Source: Smithellaceae bacterium
GTDB lineage: Bacteria; Desulfobacterota; Syntrophia; Syntrophales; Smithellaceae
Reading direction: 5' to 3'
DNA: 64,000 nt
Assembly: GCA_963682015.1 (NCBI GenBank)
Contig: OY820932.1
Span: forward strand, 3,210,386-3,274,385
The position numbers and the translations under genes were made by a program. Position 1 is the stretch's first letter; every line of letters begins with the position of its first letter. The notes beneath the pieces are model-generated. The model saw nothing but the letters and a program-made list of their open reading frames with translations. It was not told the origin of the DNA and did no database searches. Below, piece after piece: positions 55,365-63,695 of the stretch.

Positions 55365-56399
55365 ATAGCGAGTCAAAGACTCCCGGATATGACCATCCCT
55401 GCCAACGGTTCTTTCGGCCGTGATCATGGAATTCAAAACTGCCTCTTCTGAGCATTCGGCAACCGCCTGGAAAACGGTATCCAGACATTCCTCGTCAAGC
55501 ATCTTGATATCGATGACGCCCCGCTTTTCGTAATGCTTGATTCTTTGGGCCGTGGAAAAGGCAAGTACAATCTCTCCGCTTCCGGTCGCTATATCATTGC
55601 CTGTCCTGGCAACTCCGACTTCCGCTCTCCTTGCGATCCTTTTCAACTGGCGGCTGGTCATGGGAAGATCCGTGGCAATGATCATGATGAGAGAACCTTT
55701 GTCCGCTGAAGGTTTGCCTTCTTTCTGATTTGCGGCAATTTCCGCTCCCGCCTTCCGACCTGCTACCGTTAAATTCTCCAGTTTGCCCATATTGGTCAGC
55801 ACCAGCATTCCGACCATGTAGTTCTTTCCGCCTATCCGGATCAGTCTGGAAGCTGAACCGATTCCTCCTTTGAGTTTATAACAGGACATACCCGTTCCTG
55901 CGCCGACGGCGCCTTCCGGAAAGTCCGCAGCCGCGTTTTCAATGGCGGAGTCTATATCGCTGCTGCCGACATGCATTCCCCGGATATCATTCAAATAGGA
56001 ATCGTTGCATTCGAATACCACCGGGTTGACTGTCCCTGTTTTGTCTCCGATATCCGTATTTTGAGCGAGCATGTACTGAATGATACCATTGATCGCCGTT
56101 CCGACCCCGAATGTATTGGTCAGCAGAACGGGGGTTTCCAGTGTTCCCAGTTCATCGACCTGAATCAGGCCGGCGCTTTTCCCGAAGCCGTTGATGACAT
56201 GGACGGCCGCGATCAATTTTTCCTGAAAAGTATTCCCGCTGTGAGGAATGAGGGCTGTGACGCCGGTATTTACATCCCCTTTTTTTATGGTGGCGTGGCC
56301 CACCCGCACCCCTTCGACATCGGTGATTGCATTTCGTTGTCCCGTCGGCAGTTTGCCGATCACGATACCAAAATCCCTTATCCTTCTTTGTTCCAGCAC
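55359..56399 (-). CDS. DmpA/BapA-type (peptidase S58, P1 family) aminopeptidase
   Basis: N-terminal RIRDFGIVIGKLPTGQRNAITDVEGVRVGHATI...NTGVTALIP is typical of L-aminopeptidase/D-esterase DmpA-like Ntn hydrolases. Confidence 0.8.
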   Translation of the reverse strand: MLEQRRIRDFGIVIGKLPTGQRNAITDVEGVRVGHATIKKGDVNTGVTALIPHSGNTFQEKLIAAVHVINGFGKSAGLIQVDELGTLETPVLLTNTFGVGTAINGIIQYMLAQNTDIGDKTGTVNPVVFECNDSYLNDIRGMHVGSSDIDSAIENAAADFPEGAVGAGTGMSCYKLKGGIGSASRLIRIGGKNYMVGMLVLTNMGKLENLTVAGRKAGAEIAANQKEGKPSADKGSLIMIIATDLPMTSRQLKRIARRAEVGVARTGNDIATGSGEIVLAFSTAQRIKHYEKRGVIDIKMLDEECLDTVFQAVAECSEEAVLNSMITAERTVGRDGHIRESLTRYL

Positions 56400-56413
56400 A
56401 ACCTATCCTTTAC

Positions 56414-57844
56414 TTAGAGATCGTTCAGATCGGGTTTTTCTTTTGTCGGTTTCCCATCCGGTCCGACATAAACTCTTCCCCATCCCGTGAAAATTGCCGC
56501 AAACATTACGATGAACAGCATCCAGGCGTAAAATACCCAGGGCGTGATGGAAAGAGGGCTCAAAAACGGCACTCCGGCAAAGTCCTGACTGGCCTGCTTG
56601 GATAGCCCGCTGGCAAACAAAACACCCACGGACCATGGAACGGAGTAAACAAGGGTGCAGGCAAAGGTGTCCACAATCACGGCTCTTCTGTAGGGGTGAA
56701 GTTTGAATTTCTCGCCCAGCGGTTTGGAAAAAGACAAGCCGACGGCCAGGATCGCCGGCGCGTTAATGCTCATCAGCGCGGAAAAAATCAATTCCAGAAA
56801 CGCCGAGGCAAGCTCAAAACCGACGATGGATTTTCTGACAACTTTGCGGCCGAAAGCGACCAGGGCGTCCCCGCCGCCGCCGTCCAGCATGACCTGTATG
56901 CCGGCGGAAAGAAGAATCACCAGAATCGACAGATCCGCCATCCAGCCGGAAACCCCTTTCAATATAGCGCCGTCCGTCACGGAAAAAATTCCCGAAAATG
57001 TATTCAGTCCCGTGATCAGGGCGAAAACAATGCTTGATGCAATTCCCAGGATCAGCGCAAAGATGATGTTCGTGGTTTTAATCGCAGAGTAGATGGTAAT
57101 CGCGGCAGGAATAAACATGACCAGCCCCACGGGATTCATGTGTTTGGCGAGCGTCTCATAGGGAACGGCGGCCGTGGATCCTTTAAAGAAGTAGCCGAGA
57201 ATGAGCATCAGCACAATGGCAAGTCCCGCCGACGTCAGACCAAATCTTGCTCTCGTCTTGACAACGCCTCCAACATCGGTGTCCTGACTGGTTGCCGATG
57301 CGATGGTCGTATCGGATATCGCCGCCATATTGTCCCCGAATGCTCCGCCGCCGATAATCGCGCCGGCCAGGAGCAACGGATGCGCTCCCAGCAGCACACC
57401 CGCCGGATAAAGAACCGCCATGCCGGCCGCAATGGTTCCGAATCCGGTTCCGGCTGCCGTTCCAAATGTGGCGCAGGCGATGAAGGTAACCACGGCAAAC
57501 ATCGTGCCGCTCGCGCCGGTCTTCATGGCCAGCCACAACAGACCGTCCACCATTCCCGATGATCTCATGACGGATGCAAAGATGCCCGCAAAAATCCAAG
57601 CGGCCACCGGCATCAGTGCGACTTTCGCGGACATCCCCTTGATGATGGTCAGCCCGTACAGTTCTTTGTCCCTGGCCAGGAAAAAAGTAATGATAATACC
57701 CGTCAGAATGCCGATCCACATGGCCTGGATCGTCACTTCTTTCATGGTGAAAGCGATGACCACCGCAACGATGACGAATGTGATTATCGGAACAAAAGAT
57801 GAAAAAGCTGATCCGTATAAGGTGAGTTTCTTTTCCTGCTCCAT
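56414..57844 (-). CDS. NhaC-family (Na+/H+ antiporter-like) polytopic transporter
   Basis: 476 aa, about 12 TM helices. Family resemblance only; substrate unknown. Confidence 0.6.
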   Translation of the reverse strand: MEQEKKLTLYGSAFSSFVPIITFVIVAVVIAFTMKEVTIQAMWIGILTGIIITFFLARDKELYGLTIIKGMSAKVALMPVAAWIFAGIFASVMRSSGMVDGLLWLAMKTGASGTMFAVVTFIACATFGTAAGTGFGTIAAGMAVLYPAGVLLGAHPLLLAGAIIGGGAFGDNMAAISDTTIASATSQDTDVGGVVKTRARFGLTSAGLAIVLMLILGYFFKGSTAAVPYETLAKHMNPVGLVMFIPAAITIYSAIKTTNIIFALILGIASSIVFALITGLNTFSGIFSVTDGAILKGVSGWMADLSILVILLSAGIQVMLDGGGGDALVAFGRKVVRKSIVGFELASAFLELIFSALMSINAPAILAVGLSFSKPLGEKFKLHPYRRAVIVDTFACTLVYSVPWSVGVLFASGLSKQASQDFAGVPFLSPLSITPWVFYAWMLFIVMFAAIFTGWGRVYVGPDGKPTKEKPDLNDL

Positions 57845-57941
57845 TGAAAAACCTCCAGTGTTTCTACTGAATCTCTAGCTGGCAATCCATGCATCCGGAT
57901 TTTCTGCCTGCGCAATCTATCCACGCGGTTACCGGTTATCC

Positions 57942-58649
57942 TCAACGGGCTTCCTCAACGGCTCGTTCCGCCAGCAGGGCAAGAGGGTCGATGACCGGGA
58001 CGGACAGATCGCCGTCTGCCAGTACCAGCGGTATCTCCGTGCAGCCAGCGATGATTGCCTGCGCACCGCGGCGGATCAAGGTTTCAGCCGCTTCACGGAT
58101 AAGTGTTTTTGAGGCGGCGGAAGGTCCGTCGGCCTTGACGCTGTATATCGCTTTCATAATGTTTGATATCTGTATATCCTTGGCGGGAGTAATCAGCTCC
58201 AAGCTTGCGGCGTCGCACGCCTCATTGAAAAGACCGGATTGGATCGTACCGGAGGTTGCCAGTAAACCGATTTTCCGGATGCCGGGATACTGAACGACCG
58301 CATGATTAATGGTTTCCTTTACAACGTGCAGGATGGGCGTCGATATCTGTTCCTGCAGTCTTGAATGGAAAAAGTGGGCGGTTACACAGGGAATAACGAT
58401 AAAATCAACGTGCGCCGTTAAAAGAAGCTTCGCGCTTTCCACCATCATCGGCAGGGGATCCGTGCCGTTTTCCAGGATGGCCCTGGTTCTGTCGGGAATT
58501 TTGGGGTTGTTCACAATAACGATGCGGGGATGATCCTGATCGTCTGCAACCTTTGCCGCTTTTACGATTTTATCGAAAAGGTTGACAGTCGCTGCGGGGC
58601 CCATCCCACCAAGAATTCCGATTGTTTTCCTGTAGTGCATTATCGACAA
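57942..58649 (-). CDS. Aspartate racemase (Asp/Glu/hydantoin racemase family)
   Basis: Shows IGILGGMGPAATVNLF plus two catalytic Cys contexts, IVIPCVTAHFF and IAGCTEIPLV. Confidence 0.8.
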   Translation of the reverse strand: MSIMHYRKTIGILGGMGPAATVNLFDKIVKAAKVADDQDHPRIVIVNNPKIPDRTRAILENGTDPLPMMVESAKLLLTAHVDFIVIPCVTAHFFHSRLQEQISTPILHVVKETINHAVVQYPGIRKIGLLATSGTIQSGLFNEACDAASLELITPAKDIQISNIMKAIYSVKADGPSAASKTLIREAAETLIRRGAQAIIAGCTEIPLVLADGDLSVPVIDPLALLAERAVEEAR

Positions 58650-59040
58650 TTCGCTTGTGCCGTATCTTGTTGCTGAAATTTTGTCTCTTTTTGAGCCACA
58701 GTATACGGCATGCCCCCTTCATTGTTTAATCCGACCCTCTGTTTCATTTTCTGTGCCAGCAGGCAGGCCGGGGGAAAATGATGGTATTTAGTTGATTGTA
58801 TTTGGTATTTTATTAATAGTTGTTTTTTTATGAGATTAAAGTCCGATTGTTTGTGTCCTTTTTTGGTACACTGCTCGTTTGGCAAATGCGTTTTTTGTGC
58901 AAAGCAATGTCTTATGTTGGGACATATAACAACGGAAAAATATCTCTCCGTATGCCGTTCCCCTTCATATAGCGGATGCTGCGACGGATAAAAATTCATA
59001 TGTTATCTCATCAGCCTGTGCTCTGATGTGTCAGATCGCG

Positions 59041-59057
59041 TGTCCCATTATTGAACA
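59041..59057. promoter_or_regulatory. Activator dyad (TGTCC-N7-GaACA) upstream of the D-aminoacylase operon
   Basis: TGTCCCATTATTGAACA, with its centre about 158 bp from the -24 GG at 59207. Weaker sites lie at 58908-58924 (TGTCt-TATGTTG-GGACA) and 58854-58870 (TGTCC-TTTTTTG-GtACA). Confidence 0.5.
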
Positions 59058-59205
59058 CTTCAAGTATCGAAAGCCTTTTCCAGTCAGTAAAAATTTTTGA
59101 ATTATGGAGAACCCGATTGTCTGATGAATTGTAAATGAATAAAGATATTACTGAAATCGATCTACGAAAAATCCTGCAACGGAATCAGTGAATGGAACAC
59201 TTTTC

Positions 59206-59220
59206 TGGCATAAAAAGTGC
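59206..59220 (+). promoter_or_regulatory. sigma-54 (-24/-12) promoter of the D-aminoacylase operon
   Basis: TGGCAT-AAAAA-GTGC, 64 nt before ATG 59284. Confidence 0.65.
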
Positions 59221-59283
59221 CGTATACATACAGGTTTATAAAAAGTCTCTGATAAACAAATACAAGCGGGAGGACTGAAGAAA

Positions 59284-60969
59284 ATGACTTGCAAAAGCCA
59301 GGACAAGCAAACGGATGTCACCAGGAGAACCTTTTTGAAGCAGACGGCAAAAGCGGCCGCCACGCTTAGTGTGGCGGGGAGCCTGCCTTTTTTCACTACG
59401 GTAACCGCATCCGCCTCGTCCGACCGGGATTTCGATATCCTGATCAAGGGCGGAACAATTTACGATGGTACACTGAAAAAGCCCCGGGTGGCCGATATCG
59501 CCATCAAAGGTGACCGGATCGTTGCCATCGGTAATCTGGCGAAAGCACAGGCGGTAAAAATCATCGACGCCAGAGGTCTTGCAGTGACTCCCGGGTTTAT
59601 CGATGTCCATACCCATTCCGACATGGCCTTCCAGATCATGAATCCCAAGTATTTCTCCAAAGCTTCACCCATGCTGAAAGGGAACTACAATTACATATAC
59701 CAGGGCGTCACCACGGTGGTAACGGGCAATTGTGGAATGGGAATTCCCAGAACTGATCAGTGGTTCGACATGGTCAAGGCGCTGAATTTCGGGACGAATG
59801 CGGCCCATCTGGCGCCTCACGGGGCAATCCGCGCGGAACTTCTCGGCACCGACCAGCCGGTGGAATTGACGTCGGCCCAGCTCGAAGCGATGAAAAAGCG
59901 GATTGCCGAAGAAATGGAAAAGGGTGCTGTCGGTCTTTCGACGGGGTTGGAGTATGCTCCGGGGCTGTTATCGACGACCGGTGAATTGATCGAACTCGCC
60001 AGGGTGACGGCCCGCATGGGAAGAATCTTTACGACTCATATGCGCGATGAAAGCGGTACCATTGGTCCGGATGGTGTGCCGGCGGTCGTTCATTCCCTGG
60101 AAGAGGCCATCGAAATCGGCAAAAAGGCCGGCATTTCCGTTGAAGTCTCGCATTTTAAAATCGCGGCGCCGACGAACAAAACCCCGGCGTCACGAATTCT
60201 GGGCATGATCGAAAAAGCGCGCCGCGAAGGCGTCGATATCAGCGCCGATCAGTATCCGTATAACGCCGGGTCCACCTATATCACCGCCCTGATTCCGAAA
60301 AAATTCCAGGGAAACGACTACGGCGTCAAACCCGAATTCAAGACGCCGGAGGGGCGTCGCGCCATTAAAGAAGCCATTGAAAAGACTTTTACCTACCTGC
60401 CTCCGGAAAAAGTGCTCATCGCCTTTGCCTGGGGCTACAAGCAGTTTGAGGGAAAAACGCTCACGGAAATAGGAGAAATGGAGGGCAAGAGCCCGTCGGA
60501 AGCCTATGTGGATCTGGTCTGCCAGAAGGTGTGTCCAACGGGTGTATTCTTTTCTCAGGACATGCCGGTTGTAGAGGAGATCCTGAAGCAGGAGACGGTG
60601 ATTACCGCATCGGACGGCGGGACGTTCATGATCGGCATGCTCAAGCCGCATCCGCGATGTTACGCAACGTATCCCCGTAAACTCCGTATGGTCGCCCTCG
60701 ACAATCAATGGATGAGCGTCGAGAAAGCCATCCGCACGATGACATCTCTGCCCGCCGAGAAATTTCGCATCAAAAACCGCGGAAAAATCGAAAAGGGATA
60801 TTTTGCCGATGTCGCGCTCATCGACCTGGCAAACTTCAGGGATACCGCGACCTACCTCGATCCGCATCAGTATGCCACAGGGGTGAAGCACCTGCTGGTA
60901 AACGGTGTTTGGGGGATTGCGGACGGCAAAGCCACCGGTCAGGGCGGCGGCGTGGCGCTGAAGAGCTGA
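59284..60969 (+). CDS. N-acyl-D-amino-acid deacylase (D-aminoacylase) family amidohydrolase, Tat-exported, paralogue 1
   Basis: Twin-arginine signal TRRTFLKQTAKAAATLSVAG. Shows DILIKGGTIYDG, PGFIDVHTHSD, GLSTGLEYAPG, HMRDE, VSHFK and ADQYPYNAGST. Confidence 0.85.
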   Translation: MTCKSQDKQTDVTRRTFLKQTAKAAATLSVAGSLPFFTTVTASASSDRDFDILIKGGTIYDGTLKKPRVADIAIKGDRIVAIGNLAKAQAVKIIDARGLAVTPGFIDVHTHSDMAFQIMNPKYFSKASPMLKGNYNYIYQGVTTVVTGNCGMGIPRTDQWFDMVKALNFGTNAAHLAPHGAIRAELLGTDQPVELTSAQLEAMKKRIAEEMEKGAVGLSTGLEYAPGLLSTTGELIELARVTARMGRIFTTHMRDESGTIGPDGVPAVVHSLEEAIEIGKKAGISVEVSHFKIAAPTNKTPASRILGMIEKARREGVDISADQYPYNAGSTYITALIPKKFQGNDYGVKPEFKTPEGRRAIKEAIEKTFTYLPPEKVLIAFAWGYKQFEGKTLTEIGEMEGKSPSEAYVDLVCQKVCPTGVFFSQDMPVVEEILKQETVITASDGGTFMIGMLKPHPRCYATYPRKLRMVALDNQWMSVEKAIRTMTSLPAEKFRIKNRGKIEKGYFADVALIDLANFRDTATYLDPHQYATGVKHLLVNGVWGIADGKATGQGGGVALKS

Positions 60970-61056
60970 AGGAAGTTTAAATGGAAGTTAAAAGGCGCCT
61001 GTTTGTTTAAATGGAACAAGAAGAGTGAATCACCTGATGGTTAAGGATGTTCATTC

Positions 61057-62742
61057 ATGAAGGATGAAAATCAGGAAAAGAGAATGAACATCAACAGAAG
61101 AACGTTTTTAAGACAATCGGCCAGAACGGCCGCGGCGTTAACCGCAGCGGGAAGCCTGCCTTTTTTTCACTCGATAACGGCATCCGCTTCGTCGGACCGT
61201 GCTTTCGACATCCTGATCAGAGGAGGAACCGTTTATGACGGAACCCTGAAGGCGCCTGTGGTTGCCGACATCGGCATTAAAAGCGACCGGATTGCCGCCA
61301 TTGGAAGTCTGGCAAAAGCGCAGGCAGTGAAGGTCATTGATGCGCGAGGCCTTGCGGTCACTCCGGGTTTTATCGATGTTCATACCCACTGTGACATGAG
61401 CTTTCAGGCTATGAATCCCGATGATCTTTCCGGTGCACCGCCGGAGTTCAGAGGCAACCTCAACTATGCTTACCAGGGCGTTACGACGGTGATCACGGGC
61501 AATTGCGGTCTGGGGATTCCCAGCACCGATCAATGGTTGGATGTTGTAAAGAAGATTTCCTTCGGGACCAATGTTGCGCACTTGGCGCCCCATGGGGAAA
61601 TCCGCGCAAAACTTTTCGGCGTCCATCAACCCGCCGAATTAACGCCGGCGCAGTTGGAAACTTTTCTGCGAAGAATGACCGAGGAACTGGAGAACGGCGC
61701 GATCGGTTTTTCGACGGGCCTGGAATATGCCCCGGGGTTTTTTTCCGGCACCCGTGAGCTCATCGAGCTCGCCAGGGCAACGGCCCGCAGGGGAAAAGTC
61801 TACGTGACGCATGTGCGCAATGAAACGGGCGCCGTCGGCCGGGAGGGCAAGCCGGCGGTTGTCTCCGCTCTGGAAGAGGCCGTGCTGATCGGCAAAAAGG
61901 CCGGCATTCCCGTGGAAGTGTCCCACCTGAAGGTTATGGCTCCCAATAACACCATTCCGGCATCCATGATTCTGGATGTCGTCGAGAAGGCCAGGGGCGA
62001 AGGACTGGACATCCATGCCGATCAGTATCCTTACGATGCCGGTTCCACTTATATCACCCACCTGATTCCCGACAAGTTCAAAGCCAATGACCAGAGTCTC
62101 AAAAACGAATTCCGAACGGAAAAGGGATTTCTGGAAATCCGCAAGGCGCTGGAAGCCACTTTTTCCTGCCTGCCCGCGGGAAAAATTCTCATCGCCAATT
62201 ACCCGGCAAAGCCTGAACTGGAGGGAAAGACCGTTGCCGAAATCGCCCGCATCCGGGGGAAATCCCCTGCGGACTGCTATGTGGATATGGTCTGCGAACC
62301 GGTATGTCCCATGGGCATTTTCTTTGCGCAGAACATGAACATCGTCAGGGAAATCATGAAGCGGGACGATATCCTCACTGCATCGGACGGGGAGACATAC
62401 GCAAAGGGTGTGTTTAAACCTCACCCCAGAGTTTACGGCGCATTTCCACGTAAGCTCCGCATGGTTGCCCTGGACAGTAAATGGATGACGGTTCAGGCGG
62501 CCATTCGCACCATGACATCGCTGCCCGCTGAAAAATTCCATCTTAAAAGCAGAGGGAAAATCGAAGAAGGATTTTTTGCCGACATCGCTGTCATCGATCT
62601 GGCCAGTTTCAGGGATGTTGCAACCTATCTCGATCCACATCAGTATGCCCAAGGCGTCAGACACCTGCTGATCAACGGCGTTGTCGCCATTACGGATGGT
62701 GTGGCGACCGGCGCTGGCGGCGGCGTGGCCTTGAAATTCTAA
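61057..62742 (+). CDS. N-acyl-D-amino-acid deacylase family amidohydrolase, Tat-exported, paralogue 2
   Basis: Twin-arginine signal NRRTFLRQSARTAAALTAAG. Same 561-aa length and motif set (PGFIDVHTHCD, HVRNE, VSHLK, ADQYPYDAGST). Confidence 0.85.
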   Translation: MKDENQEKRMNINRRTFLRQSARTAAALTAAGSLPFFHSITASASSDRAFDILIRGGTVYDGTLKAPVVADIGIKSDRIAAIGSLAKAQAVKVIDARGLAVTPGFIDVHTHCDMSFQAMNPDDLSGAPPEFRGNLNYAYQGVTTVITGNCGLGIPSTDQWLDVVKKISFGTNVAHLAPHGEIRAKLFGVHQPAELTPAQLETFLRRMTEELENGAIGFSTGLEYAPGFFSGTRELIELARATARRGKVYVTHVRNETGAVGREGKPAVVSALEEAVLIGKKAGIPVEVSHLKVMAPNNTIPASMILDVVEKARGEGLDIHADQYPYDAGSTYITHLIPDKFKANDQSLKNEFRTEKGFLEIRKALEATFSCLPAGKILIANYPAKPELEGKTVAEIARIRGKSPADCYVDMVCEPVCPMGIFFAQNMNIVREIMKRDDILTASDGETYAKGVFKPHPRVYGAFPRKLRMVALDSKWMTVQAAIRTMTSLPAEKFHLKSRGKIEEGFFADIAVIDLASFRDVATYLDPHQYAQGVRHLLINGVVAITDGVATGAGGGVALKF

Positions 62743-62771
62743 ATTTTGAATAACACGGAATTGGAGGTAAA

Positions 62772-63683
62772 ATGAAACGCATTGCAGCATTATCGGTCGT
62801 CGGATTTTTATTTGCGTATTTGCTCGTTGCTTCTTCAGCATCGGCCTGCACCATATTTTCAATCAGCTACGGTCAAAAGGTGTTTTTCGCGGGGAACGAA
62901 GACCAGAGGCCGCAAAACAGCGCCTCCTGGCTGTTCGTGGATAAAAGAGGCCCTCTCGGCGTTGTGTATTTTGCGACGCCCTGGGAAAAATGGCCCATTG
63001 TGATGGAGGCGGGCATTAATGAGAAGGGGTTATGTTACGATCAAAACTGGATACCGGCGGAGAAGCTCAACAGTCATCCGGAAAAGATTCTGGCAAAAGA
63101 CCATCCATCCTGGCAGATGATGAGGGAGTGCGCAAGCGTTGAAGAAGTCATAGCGTCATACCGGAAATACAACTGGGGCGGTCACTGGGGCGGCATCATC
63201 GATTTTCAGATCCACTTTGCGGATAAGACGGGTGATGCGGTCATTTTATATCCCGGCAGTGATGGCGAGATGACTCATATCCGGAAACCCGTAAAGAACA
63301 GTTATCTGGTTTCCTCCAACTTCAACGTCCGACTGGTGCAGGAAGGAGACTTTTCCAGAAGCATGTCCTGGGTGGGCTGGGACCGGTATAACACGGCCGA
63401 CAGGATGCTGGCCCGGATAAAATCGGAAAAAGACCTGACTGTAAAAACAGTGGCCGCCGTTCTGGACGCAGCCCATCAGTCCGATGGCTCCCGTTCCTCG
63501 ACGATCTACTCCGAACTCTATGATCCGCAGAATCTGCGCATCTATTTATTTTACAATTCCCGGTTCGACACCGCCTATGTTCTGGATGTTGCTACCGAGC
63601 TGGCAAAAACCAAAGGCAGTTTCCGTCGGGTTCCTCTTAAGGACCTGATTCTGGATAAAGATATCGTGAAAGAGAAAATATAG
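62772..63683 (+). CDS. Exported Cys-Ntn hydrolase (linear amide C-N hydrolase, choloylglycine-hydrolase/C45-like)
   Basis: Signal peptide ...LLVASSASA followed directly by CTIFS, so Cys would become residue 1 after cleavage, as in Ntn hydrolases. Confidence 0.55.
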   Translation: MKRIAALSVVGFLFAYLLVASSASACTIFSISYGQKVFFAGNEDQRPQNSASWLFVDKRGPLGVVYFATPWEKWPIVMEAGINEKGLCYDQNWIPAEKLNSHPEKILAKDHPSWQMMRECASVEEVIASYRKYNWGGHWGGIIDFQIHFADKTGDAVILYPGSDGEMTHIRKPVKNSYLVSSNFNVRLVQEGDFSRSMSWVGWDRYNTADRMLARIKSEKDLTVKTVAAVLDAAHQSDGSRSSTIYSELYDPQNLRIYLFYNSRFDTAYVLDVATELAKTKGSFRRVPLKDLILDKDIVKEKI

Positions 63684-63695
63684 AGGAGGTAAGAA

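Noticed and set aside
58744-58758. Minus-strand TGGCAC-AGAAA-ATGA upstream of the racemase-NhaC-DmpA operon.
   Set aside because: The -24 half is perfect, but the invariant C of the -12 GC is missing (TGA). It is kept only as a note in the finding on the 58650-59283 region.
58640-58999. 119-aa minus-strand ORF in the long intergenic region, plus 59148-59447 and 59236-59616 (minus strand).
   Set aside because: The composition is K/Q/H-rich and low-complexity, with no RBS. The ORFs overlap the racemase start or the D-aminoacylase 5' end. The region is better explained as regulatory DNA.
60975-61016. 12-nt direct repeat GTTTAAATGGAA (60975-60986 and 61005-61016) between the two D-aminoacylase genes.
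   Set aside because: It is short, A/T-rich, without dyad symmetry or a partner elsewhere in the window. No function can be argued from the sequence alone.
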